From Zestosphaera tikiterensis (GTDB taxonomy: Archaea; Thermoproteota; Thermoprotei_A; Sulfolobales; NBVN01): a DNA stretch of 32,000 nt. Shown here piece after piece: positions 1 to 8,451 of the stretch. The notes beneath the pieces are model-generated. The model saw nothing but the letters and a program-made list of their open reading frames with translations. It was not told where the DNA came from and did no database searches. The position numbers were made by a program, and so were the translations under genes. The DNA is taken from the NCBI GenBank assembly GCA_003056265.1, contig NBVN01000004.1, positions 390,001 to 422,000 of the forward strand, read 5' to 3'. The number at the start of each line of letters is the position of its first letter. The first letter of the stretch is position 1.

Positions 1-480
1 GTTTAAAGCTGATGCGTACGCAAAGTATATGCTATGCCTAACCCCGCCGATCTCAACAACGGCTTCAAAAGTTTCCTCACTACCTACGTAAACCCTAGTA
101 TTGGAGATCCTCACGTGAGATTTTAAAGCGTTTAAAACTGCGTTGCTGAAAACACCTTCATCAGCTATAATTACATGAGTTCCTCTAAAAGTCAAGTCTT
201 CAATTACGTTTAATTCATAACTGTAGTAAGGCTTCTCAGGGGATATTATCATCAACACATTACATGACCCCTCAACATTCGGCCTGGCAAGGAAATCCCA
301 ACCTTTAATCACGTAAGTGTTGTAACCCCACATCCTCAAAAGCTGTATTAAGTTGCTAGTGCCGTCATACTCTACGTTATCAGGTGAAGCACCTGAATAT
401 CTTACACCAACTAGTAAAGGCTCTAAAGACAGAGCAATCACCAACATCAACGTAAGGAGGTAAGTGGTTGACCTACGCAT
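1..480 (-). CDS. DUF4350-like membrane-anchored protein (3' end lies outside the window)
   Basis: Absent from the ORF track because it runs off the edge. My translation of the minus strand from ATG 480-478 gives 160 stop-free codons down to position 1 (MRRSTTYLLTLMLVIALSLEPLLVGVRYSGASPDNVEYDGTSNLIQLLRMWGYNTYVIKG...VLMIISPEKPYYSYELNVIEDLTFRGTHVIIADEG...). It has an N-terminal TM helix followed by a DUF4350-like layout. Its ATG overlaps the stop of the upstream 74-aa ORF (ATGCGTAG). Confidence 0.6.
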   Translation of the reverse strand, partial: MRRSTTYLLTLMLVIALSLEPLLVGVRYSGASPDNVEYDGTSNLIQLLRMWGYNTYVIKGWDFLARPNVEGSCNVLMIISPEKPYYSYELNVIEDLTFRGTHVIIADEGVFSNAVLNALKSHVRISNTRVYVGSEETFEAVVEIGGVRHSIYFAYASALN

Positions 481-697
481 GCTCTCTACAACCTTCACTT
501 CTTAAATACGTTAGTAAAGCTAACCCGCTAAGTAGTGAGATTATAGAAGATACGTATCTCTGAATTAAAGAGAGCCCCACCGACAATATTAAAAGAGCAA
601 CACCGACGAAGAGTAGGAGTGACCTATACCTAACTTTAAATAAGTCCGTCAAACCTACGTAACACCTCCTCAATAATAGACTCTTCATAACCCTCAA
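473..697 (-). CDS. small two-TM membrane protein, hypothetical
   Basis: 74-aa ORF with two hydrophobic helices. It overlaps the downstream gene by 8 nt (start/stop overlap) and lies in the same strand string as the neighbouring membrane genes. Start is uncertain (Met1 or Met4). Confidence 0.4.
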   Translation of the reverse strand: MRVMKSLLLRRCYVGLTDLFKVRYRSLLLFVGVALLILSVGLSLIQRYVSSIISLLSGLALLTYLRSEGCREHA

Positions 698-1454
698 AAT
701 AGCTTGCTGTTATATAGTCGTAATTCAAAATTAAGAGAGTTAGGATCAAAACGTAGGTAACGATGTTTAAACCTTTTTTAAAGATCATGATTGAAAAAAC
801 CGTAGTTAAAGCTAAGGAAACCCAGACAGAGTTGAAAAACCCTAATGGAGTAAACCTAAAAACAGTTAAGAAAAGCAGGTAGGTAAGCAACCCTACGAAA
901 AACGCTCTACTTAAGTATTGAAACAACGAATTTAAGCTAGGCAATCTTAAGTCCAGCAAGTTTAAAACTTTAAACTCACATTCCAGGCCGTAGAGAAACG
1001 TCTGAAAGCCTGTTAAACCATAACCTGAAATTAAAGATATGAAGACTAAAGTGAGTGCGTTAAAGATGTTGAACTCATAAATAGAGAATTTTAAGAGCGA
1101 TAAACCACATGCTATAAGTACTGGGGTTATATACGTTATTGAGGCTTTTTTAAAGCCTATGAAGGTTCTAACTATTAAAATAATGACGAAATACGTTAAA
1201 AACTCAGTGAAAAACTCCGTAGGCCTGAAAGCTTGAGTTATTAAAGCAAGCATCGTAATGACTAATACATACCTATATGAAGTCCTTAACGTAAAGTATG
1301 TAGCAACTACGGAAAGCGTTAACCACGTGAGTAGGGGGTTGCTTGAGATGTAGGCTATAATTAACGAGGAAATGAAGAAAAGCGCTTCAATAAAGTCTTT
1401 ATTAATTGATGCTAAGCTTTTTGAGTTTCTCGCCAATTCTCTTAACAGTTTCAA
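636..1454 (-). CDS. polytopic integral membrane protein, hypothetical
   Basis: 272-aa ORF, hydrophobic throughout (at least 7 predicted helices by eye). It overlaps both flanking genes in an operon-like string. No family recognised. Confidence 0.6.
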   Translation of the reverse strand: MKLLRELARNSKSLASINKDFIEALFFISSLIIAYISSNPLLTWLTLSVVATYFTLRTSYRYVLVITMLALITQAFRPTEFFTEFLTYFVIILIVRTFIGFKKASITYITPVLIACGLSLLKFSIYEFNIFNALTLVFISLISGYGLTGFQTFLYGLECEFKVLNLLDLRLPSLNSLFQYLSRAFFVGLLTYLLFLTVFRFTPLGFFNSVWVSLALTTVFSIMIFKKGLNIVTYVLILTLLILNYDYITASYFEGYEESIIEEVLRRFDGLI

Positions 1455-3054
1455 TCACCTCCCCATTTTCCTCACGTCGAGCAAACCTAATTAATTCATA
1501 GTAGAGTGTGATCCTATCGATATCAGCTATTAAATCACTATGTCTAAATCCTTTAACTTTTAATTTATCAACAATTCTGTTTTTTATCTCCCTATGTGTT
1601 TCGTGATCTTCAACAACTATACCCAGCTTATGAGCTAACGAATCCACAACCTCCCAGAAAGTTTTAATAACCTCGCTAAGGTTCTCCATAACTACGAACC
1701 TATTCCTCGACGAGATACCGCCTTTGAAGCCTTTAAGGTTTAGGTTTGAGGTTAAATACCTGAATATTAAAGCTATGGAGGCTATAGCAGGGGCTATGAG
1801 GAGTATTACTGGGGTTAAACCCTCAAAAGCGGTTGTGATTGAGGGTTTACCGCCGATAATCCCTACCTCTACGTAGGGTTTACTCGAATAGTTTTCAAAG
1901 GTTTTAATCGTAGGTCCTAACTTGTTAATGTTCTCCAGTAAGGGCGCGATCTTCTGAAGTATTGCGTAGCCGAACTCATCACTTAAAGTTAAGTCTTCTA
2001 GGTTTTCATTATATAGTACGCCCGAATTAATCAATACTGTAGTGTATGGTCTGCTTTCATTTCGTTGAGTGCTTACGTTTAAATACCTTCTGCTTAGTAA
2101 GTCTTCACTTAAGTAGTCGTGTAATTCGTTAAGAAGTAAGTCTTCATTCATTAATATCTCTAACATGTTAGGATTCTTCAGAAGCTCCTCCACAACCTCA
2201 GGCGGTAATCTACTAAGTATTTCTAAAACCTCCTCACTTAAGCCAGTTAGATTTAGATCCTTCAGGAGTTTCTCAACGTCTTTCTTACTTGCTTGAGGTT
2301 GTTGCTGCGGTGTTTGCCATAAATAGTTGTAAAGTGGTTTAACGTTCCCGGCTATTATAAACATTAAAGAACCGATTATCAGGGATTTATTGTATGATAC
2401 ATCCATACTTAGCTTTAAAGCCTTCTCTCCATGCTTCATATCCACTAAGTCTAGAAAGTTAAGTATGTCCTGCCTTAAGCTCTTTCTGAGGTCCTGACTT
2501 ACGGAACGCGTTAGTCTATCATCTGAAATTAACAATATGAACTGAATTAAAACATCACTGCTTAAATCTCCACTCAAGTCTAAAATGTTAAGCAGTAACT
2601 TAGCGAATGCTTGATTACCGCTCAAATTTAAGTTGTTAGCTAAGACGTTAACCAATATTAAATAATCTGAAAACCTAACCGTAGATGTATTTAAACCGCT
2701 TAAGACTTTAGCGGATATTAAGTGCTTACCACCTATGAATAAAGGTAACACACCACTATTGTTTGACACGTAAAGCTTAAGTATATGTTTAGCTATGGTG
2801 TTTAACGTGTTTAAGTCTTCATTTTTTAAAGCTTCATCTATAGTTAAGCTTAGGTTGTAGTAGCCTACGCTTTCAAGCCATTCCTTTAAGATCTTAGCTG
2901 AGGTTTCGATAATGAGGGCTTTCTTAACTAACTCAAGTGAGTGTCTAGTTTCAACGTTTGAAGCTAAAGCTACAGGCGTGGTAGAGGCTATTAAAACAGC
3001 TATAATTAATAACGTCGTTAAAGTCATTAAGCGTTTACTGATGTCCTCCACCAA
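1402..3054 (-). CDS. large extracytoplasmic helical protein with N-terminal signal anchor, C-proximal TM and DUF4129-like cytoplasmic tail
   Basis: 550 aa. N-terminal hydrophobic segment LMTLTTLLIIAVLIASTTPVALA. About 9-10 N-x-S/T sequons in the long middle part. TM segment LTPVILLIAPAIASIALIF. The tail ...DHETHREIKNRIV...ITLYYELIRFARREE resembles DUF4129 (T-P-x-E ... Y-E-x-x-R-Y pattern). Confidence 0.7.
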   Translation of the reverse strand: MVEDISKRLMTLTTLLIIAVLIASTTPVALASNVETRHSLELVKKALIIETSAKILKEWLESVGYYNLSLTIDEALKNEDLNTLNTIAKHILKLYVSNNSGVLPLFIGGKHLISAKVLSGLNTSTVRFSDYLILVNVLANNLNLSGNQAFAKLLLNILDLSGDLSSDVLIQFILLISDDRLTRSVSQDLRKSLRQDILNFLDLVDMKHGEKALKLSMDVSYNKSLIIGSLMFIIAGNVKPLYNYLWQTPQQQPQASKKDVEKLLKDLNLTGLSEEVLEILSRLPPEVVEELLKNPNMLEILMNEDLLLNELHDYLSEDLLSRRYLNVSTQRNESRPYTTVLINSGVLYNENLEDLTLSDEFGYAILQKIAPLLENINKLGPTIKTFENYSSKPYVEVGIIGGKPSITTAFEGLTPVILLIAPAIASIALIFRYLTSNLNLKGFKGGISSRNRFVVMENLSEVIKTFWEVVDSLAHKLGIVVEDHETHREIKNRIVDKLKVKGFRHSDLIADIDRITLYYELIRFARREENGEVIETVKRIGEKLKKLSIN

Positions 3055-3092
3055 ATATTTTATGTATTCAGTAAATATATTTTGGGTCGAAC
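3055..3092. promoter_or_regulatory. 38-bp divergent promoter spacer between the membrane-protein operon and moxR
   Basis: The AT-rich spacer aaatattttatgtattcagtaaatatattttggg holds two TATA-like boxes facing opposite ways. The distances to both start codons imply leaderless or near-leaderless mRNAs. Confidence 0.4.
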
Positions 3093-4037
3093 TTGAGCAA
3101 AGTTAAAAACATAGTTGACTTAGTAGTTAGGGAGGCTTCTAAAGTCTTAGTTGAGAGGGAGAAAGACGTAAAACTTATAACTCTTGCGATCATAGCTGGA
3201 GGTCATGTGTTAGTTGAAGGTATACCGGGCATAGCTAAAACATTAACTGCCAAGACCGTAGCTAAGTTAATGAATTTAAGATATAGTAGGATACAACTAA
3301 CTCCAGATCTGCTTCCAGCAGATATCATAGGAACTAAGATATACAATCAAAAAACTGGGGAGTTCGACATAGTTGTAGGTCCTATAAACGCAAACTTAGT
3401 TTTAGCTGACGAGATAAATAGGGCTTCCCCAAGAACTCAAAGTGCTTTACTGGAGGCTATGCAGGAAAGGCAAGTAACTATAGAGGGTGTGACGATTAAA
3501 CTACCTGAGCCTTTTACAGTCATAGCTACTATGAACCCTATAGAGATGGAGGGTGTTTTCCCGCTACCTGAAGCTCAGTTAGATAGGTTCTTCATTAAAG
3601 TTAATATGACGAGCTTAAGCAGGGAGGGTCTAAATAAGCTACTTAAGAGAAGCTTCCACGACATAGAAGCTAGTTTTGAAGAGTTAAAACCTGTGACTAA
3701 CGCCTTAGATATCCTAAACGCTAGAAACGACTTAAACCACGTAATAGTTGAAGAATCGATTATTAACTACGTAGTAAGGATTTCAGAGTTTATCAATAAA
3801 CATAAAGCCGTTAGATTGGGGATAACCCCAAGGGGGTTGATGATGTTGCTTACGTTAGCTAAGGGCCTAGCACTCTTAGATGGTAGGGACTACGTAATAC
3901 CTGACGACGTTAAGGAAGCAGCCATCCCAGCATTAAGTCATAGGGTGTTCCTCAAGCCTGAGTACGTAGCTGAAGGCATGGATGGGAGTGACGTAGTAAC
4001 TCAAGCGATAAATAACGTGGAAGTGCCTAGGCCTTAA
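3093..4037 (+). CDS. MoxR-family AAA+ ATPase
   Basis: 314 aa, TTG start. Walker A GIPGIAKT, Walker B LVLADEINRA, then SPRTQSALLEAMQERQVTI and ATMNP, the typical MoxR core. Confidence 0.95.
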   Translation: MSKVKNIVDLVVREASKVLVEREKDVKLITLAIIAGGHVLVEGIPGIAKTLTAKTVAKLMNLRYSRIQLTPDLLPADIIGTKIYNQKTGEFDIVVGPINANLVLADEINRASPRTQSALLEAMQERQVTIEGVTIKLPEPFTVIATMNPIEMEGVFPLPEAQLDRFFIKVNMTSLSREGLNKLLKRSFHDIEASFEELKPVTNALDILNARNDLNHVIVEESIINYVVRISEFINKHKAVRLGITPRGLMMLLTLAKGLALLDGRDYVIPDDVKEAAIPALSHRVFLKPEYVAEGMDGSDVVTQAINNVEVPRP

Positions 4038-4065
4038 CGACACATCCCAATGAGGCTTAAGCTTT

Positions 4066-5394
4066 ATGAACGCGGTTAAAGTTAAGGAAGTCTGCGGAGT
4101 TAACGCATATGTTACAAACCTTGACGGGCTTTATGCCTTAATAGTTACTACTGTAGTTATTTTAGCTGTTGCTGTAGGCTACGCTTCAATAACTTCGTAT
4201 ACGTTAGTAAGTACTGTTTTAGCATCCCTTATTACTGGGTATGTAGTAACTCTAGCCAGCGTTGTTAATCGAATTACTCAAGTTGAAGTAGTTAAGGATG
4301 CCTCATTAACTGTTGGTAGAGATGAGGTTCTCATAACTGAAGTGATGATACGACACACCGTAGTGAGGTTTCTAAAGTTTTACGGGGTTCAGATAGTTAC
4401 GGATAACGGCTTGAAAATAGTTGATTACTCGCTAACCCGTAGAAGCGGGGATGAGGAGGTCGTAGTCTCTATAAAACTTAAGTCGTTCGTTGGTAGGCAT
4501 AGGTTAGGTCCCTTAACGCTTAAGTATTCCTTAGGCGGCGGGTTAGTGAGAGGTGAGTTTCTCGTTAATACGTACGTTGACATAACTACTTTACCTAGCA
4601 TTAAGACGTTACGGACTTCATTAAGCGTTAGAGGGTTGCAAAGCATAGGGGCGATGCCTTCTAGGGGGAGGGGCGTTGGAACGCAGTTCTTTGAAGTGCG
4701 GGAATACGTGCCTGGAGACGACTTTAAAAGGATTGAATGGAAAACAACGGCAAGGCTTTCTAAGTTAGCTGTTAAGGAATTAGAGCATGAGTCTTTAAGA
4801 GGTGTGGTTATGGTTCTAGCTTTAGATGACGATTACTTCATGAGGGAAGTCAATGCTTACGATCACATAGCACGTGAAGTAACTAACGTAGTTGAAAACT
4901 TCTTAAGAAATAACCTATACGTTAAAGTCCTCGTAGTTACTGAAAGAGGTTATACAGTTAGTGAAAAACTAACTTCCTTAAACCACATATCTAAGCTTTT
5001 AAAGGCTTTAGCAGATGTTGAATGGCCTATCGAATTATCCGCAACGTCTTCAGCGCTTAGGGTATCCACATGGTTGATTACGTCGATAGTTAAGACATCC
5101 TGTAAAGATAGGTGTTTAGTCGTTTATTTATGTAACGTAAAAAGCGATGTAGACGTCATATCATTAAATAAAGTTTATAGGGAGTTAAAGGCCTTAGGCC
5201 ATGACGTAATGTTCATAATAGCGCCTCCAGCTTTAATGAAGATACTTAAAGAACCCGCAGGTAAAACAGACCTAGCCTTAGCTAAGTATGAGTTAAGGCA
5301 TGCCATATCTCTAAGTAGGAAAATCCCCAAAACAGTGTTAACGTCTAACATATCAGCTGAAATCTTGAAAAGGATATTAAGCATATACACTTAG
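4066..5394 (+). CDS. DUF58 family protein (vWA-like MoxR partner) with N-terminal TM helices
   Basis: 442 aa. DUF58 signature FFEVREYVPGDDFKRIEWKTTARL. Two N-terminal hydrophobic helices. Starts 28 nt after moxR. Confidence 0.9.
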   Translation: MNAVKVKEVCGVNAYVTNLDGLYALIVTTVVILAVAVGYASITSYTLVSTVLASLITGYVVTLASVVNRITQVEVVKDASLTVGRDEVLITEVMIRHTVVRFLKFYGVQIVTDNGLKIVDYSLTRRSGDEEVVVSIKLKSFVGRHRLGPLTLKYSLGGGLVRGEFLVNTYVDITTLPSIKTLRTSLSVRGLQSIGAMPSRGRGVGTQFFEVREYVPGDDFKRIEWKTTARLSKLAVKELEHESLRGVVMVLALDDDYFMREVNAYDHIAREVTNVVENFLRNNLYVKVLVVTERGYTVSEKLTSLNHISKLLKALADVEWPIELSATSSALRVSTWLITSIVKTSCKDRCLVVYLCNVKSDVDVISLNKVYRELKALGHDVMFIIAPPALMKILKEPAGKTDLALAKYELRHAISLSRKIPKTVLTSNISAEILKRILSIYT

Positions 5395-5593
5395 CTAACG
5401 ACTTAACTTAATTCCTCTGTAAGTCAAGAGTAAGTTGCAATGCCTTAAGGATATACATATCCCTCAAGAATTTTAGATTCTATTACTTTCTGAGTAAATA
5501 CAAAGGTCTATGGTGGGATAATCTACGGATCGTAAGTTAAACTTATTAGTTTAGTTTTGAGTTAACCATTTAAACAAGGGAGGAAACAGTTAA

Positions 5594-5839
5594 ATGAAAA
5601 CGGTATTGAAAGTTGGTAGAAAGGGTATTGTGGTGTTACCTAAGGCCTTTAGGGAAAAAGTCTGTATTGAAGAAGGTGGCAAGGTAGTTTTAGAGATTGT
5701 TGGCAACTCTCTTGTGTTGAAACCTTTAAAACCTTTGGTTGTTGATATAGATCCTGAAGTGCTTCGTAAAGTTATATTGGAAGAGAAAAGAGAATGGGAA
5801 GAGAGGATAGATAGAGTTGCCAGAGAAGTTAGTTCTTGA
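5594..5839 (+). CDS. vapB: AbrB/SpoVT-fold antitoxin (VapB-type)
   Basis: 81 aa. N-terminus KVGRKGIVVLPKAFREKVCIEEGGKVVLEIVGNSLVLKP is a swapped-hairpin AbrB motif. GGAGG lies 10 nt upstream of the ATG. Overlaps the PIN gene by 23 nt. Confidence 0.85.
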   Translation: MKTVLKVGRKGIVVLPKAFREKVCIEEGGKVVLEIVGNSLVLKPLKPLVVDIDPEVLRKVILEEKREWEERIDRVAREVSS

Positions 5840-6191
5840 TACAAGCGTATTAGTGGAATTCATCATCACTAAATCACCATTTAGAAAAACAATTGCTGAA
5901 CTGTTCGCAAAGGCTGAGCGTGGAGATGTAGATCTTTATGTAAACACTGTTACATTAGCTGAGACCTTCTATATCGTGGCCAGAGTCTATAGGATCGCTG
6001 GTATTGATGATCCTAATAAAGAAGCTGAGAATTTTATAACGTGGATTACGTCTAACGTTAACGTAGTGAATATTGATGTACGATTATCGAAGTCCGCTGG
6101 AGAACTTAAAAAGAGGTTGGGGATAGCTCTGCCGGACTGCCTACTTATAGCTTCAGCAAGTGCTATAGGAGATGCCTCTCCCCGCTTTTAA
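5817..6191 (+). CDS. vapC: PIN-domain toxin VapC, C-terminus replaced by repeat sequence (probably disabled)
   Basis: TTG start. LVLDTSVL (acidic 1), TLAETFY (acidic 2) and LPDCLLIASA (acidic 3) are present. The reading frame enters the IS-derived repeat at about 6172 and ends ...GDASPRF*, so the usual last T-x-D motif is absent. Confidence 0.75.
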   Translation: MPEKLVLDTSVLVEFIITKSPFRKTIAELFAKAERGDVDLYVNTVTLAETFYIVARVYRIAGIDDPNKEAENFITWITSNVNVVNIDVRLSKSAGELKKRLGIALPDCLLIASASAIGDASPRF

Positions 6192-6387
6192 GGGCGGGGT
6201 TTCACTGCTGGGTCTTGGGCGATACCCCTCCTTAAGGGGGTTACGGAACACCTCCATCAATCATCGACCTCTAAAGGCCTCAAAACTTCATGTGGGAGGC
6301 ATAGTATGGGTTGTGTGTATGCCTTCTCAAGCAAATCAATCGCTTATAAACCTCCATCCCCGCCCTAAAGAGACGAGGCTTTCAGTT
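6172..6387 (-). mobile_element. 216-bp tnpB-less miniature IS200/IS605-type element (MITE-like) carrying LE and RE/omega-RNA-scaffold-like ends
   Basis: The reverse complement of 6175-6246 matches tnpB 3' end 18327-18400 (73 aligned nt; I count 3 substitutions plus 1 single-C indel). The reverse complement of 6351-6387 matches left-end hairpin 16879-16915 (about 80%). Only about 100 bp lie between them, with no transposase. Confidence 0.8.
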
Positions 6388-8290
6388 GTAAGAACTCTAG
6401 AGACTTGTAAATGAACGCTAATATATCAAGAACTTCTTTAATTTTAACGTCGGGCGTTGATCCTAGATGGCCGCTTTTAAGTTCAGTTCTTAGATACACG
6501 GGTGCCCCCACCTCCTCAAGTTTCGCTACGAATTTAAACGCGTGGGCTGGGTGGACTCTATCGTCGTAAAGGCCTGTGAGTACAATCGTTGGCGGGTACT
6601 TCACGTCAGGCCTTACGTTGTGGTAGGGGGAATACTCAAGCAGAAACTCCCTCTCTCTAGGATCTTCTGGATTACCGTACTCTGTCGTCCAGAGCTTACC
6701 TATGTAGAGTTTATGGAAACGTAGCATATCAATTACGGGGTATCCCACTACAGCAACGTCAAGTAGTTCCGGGCTCTGAGTTAACGTAGCCGCTATTAGC
6801 AAACCGCCGTTGCTTCTGCCCATACCAACGGTTTTATAGCCTAATTTCTTGAAGTGTTTGAGCACCGCTTTAAAGTCTTCGAATACGTTCTGCTTGTTTT
6901 CCCTCATGCCTGCCTTATGCCATAGCTTCCCATACTCCCCACCACCTCTTAAATTAGTTACTACGAAGATCGCGCCATCCTCCAGTAATGGAAGTACCTC
7001 TGGAAAGTACCTAGGTTTTATAGATACGTTAAAACCGCCGTAGCCGTACACTAAAGCGACGCGTGTTTCTTGATTGGAAGTTCCCTGACGTTTAACTACG
7101 AACGAATGTATCTGCGTGCCGTCATATGAAGACACCCATAGATCTTCAACTCTTAACTCACATCCTTCTAGCTTAAAATCTAACACCTTACTTAAGCTCA
7201 GGTCTCCATCCAATACGTAAATACTTGAAGGTACGTTAAAAGACTCATATTTGATTATTAATCTATTATTCAATTTATTGAGTAACGTTACGCTTCCAAC
7301 ACCTCCAACCTCAAGATTCGATATTAACTTACCGTCGGCGTCATAAACGGTTAAAGCGTTTGAACCGTTAACAACGCGATTAACTACGACATAGTTACTC
7401 ATCATTACGGCTTCCTCTATAGGATACAGTCCGAAAACCCCCTCAGCAATTACTTCCTCCACATGAGATCCGTTCCTGGCCTTGACGATCCTCCCTAAAC
7501 CTCTGTCCCCCTCATGAAGGATGTAAGTCCAACCGCTGTAGTGTCCTACCGGGCGTGACATGCTCTCGCCGCCATCAAACACTAAACGCCATTTACTGGG
7601 GTCGTTTAAAGGACCGCTGAGTATCTTAGATTTTAACCAACCATACTGTATGACAACGAAAGCTATGTTCTGGTCGTAGTCGGGAACTACGTTAACCATG
7701 TAGTTAGTTCCTAAACCATCCCCGAAGACTATCTCCTCCTTCCCGCCGATCTCCTTAAGGAATACCCTCTCGGCAGGAGCTTCCACACCGTCGGGAGTTA
7801 ATCCAGACCTGTAGAAAAGCTCGTAGTAGATTTTATCCCTACTTAACCATACGACGTTGGAGATATAGCCTTCAAACCTCTCCACGGTTTCGCGTGTGTT
7901 TAGATCTATGATTACTATCTTACCTAAGTCTGAGCCAGCTAAACTATATCTAACGCCTACCAAACCACCTTCTGGGGAGGGGTAAACCTCATTAATCATG
8001 ACATCCTTGCCTAAATCAACAGCTCTCAAGAGAGTCTCTGACGAGCCGTCGAACCCCACGATAACAACTTCGTATCCTTTATCCCCTCGAACCACAGCAA
8101 ATATACCATCACGCCCAAGCGAAGCGGTAGTTACGTAGGGAACGTTAAAGTATTTAATTACTTTATGCGATAGCTTGCTGGATACCCCCTCTATAAAATT
8201 TTGAAATTTCCTGTTCCTTTCAGTAATCCACTCAACGGTTTTAATGTTTGAAAGATCTTCAAGCCATAAGTAATGATCCTCAGCGCTCAT
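6365..8290 (-). CDS. prolyl oligopeptidase (S9A serine peptidase)
   Basis: 641 aa. N-terminal beta-propeller-type region, catalytic GRSNGGLL (Ser), GLYDDRV (Asp) and SGHLG (His). The last ~7 codons and the stop lie inside the miniature element. Confidence 0.93.
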   Translation of the reverse strand: MSAEDHYLWLEDLSNIKTVEWITERNRKFQNFIEGVSSKLSHKVIKYFNVPYVTTASLGRDGIFAVVRGDKGYEVVIVGFDGSSETLLRAVDLGKDVMINEVYPSPEGGLVGVRYSLAGSDLGKIVIIDLNTRETVERFEGYISNVVWLSRDKIYYELFYRSGLTPDGVEAPAERVFLKEIGGKEEIVFGDGLGTNYMVNVVPDYDQNIAFVVIQYGWLKSKILSGPLNDPSKWRLVFDGGESMSRPVGHYSGWTYILHEGDRGLGRIVKARNGSHVEEVIAEGVFGLYPIEEAVMMSNYVVVNRVVNGSNALTVYDADGKLISNLEVGGVGSVTLLNKLNNRLIIKYESFNVPSSIYVLDGDLSLSKVLDFKLEGCELRVEDLWVSSYDGTQIHSFVVKRQGTSNQETRVALVYGYGGFNVSIKPRYFPEVLPLLEDGAIFVVTNLRGGGEYGKLWHKAGMRENKQNVFEDFKAVLKHFKKLGYKTVGMGRSNGGLLIAATLTQSPELLDVAVVGYPVIDMLRFHKLYIGKLWTTEYGNPEDPREREFLLEYSPYHNVRPDVKYPPTIVLTGLYDDRVHPAHAFKFVAKLEEVGAPVYLRTELKSGHLGSTPDVKIKEVLDILAFIYKSLEFLQLKASSL

Positions 8291-8451
8291 TACTCACGTC
8301 CAAAATATATTAATTTTCCGAACTAAATAAATTTTAATCACAACATCTATATGATTGAAATCTATCTGTATGCGAGAACGCAGGCAACTATGTAATCACT
8401 ACTTGAGCAACGCCTTTTAAATATATGGGTTTATAGTGTGTTATTAAGCAA

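Noticed and set aside
6172-6414. 80-aa plus-strand ORF (MPLPAFKGGVSLLGLGRYPSLRGL...)
   Set aside because: It lies entirely inside the miniature IS-derived repeat and the 3' end of the oligopeptidase gene. Its composition reflects hairpin repeats rather than a protein.
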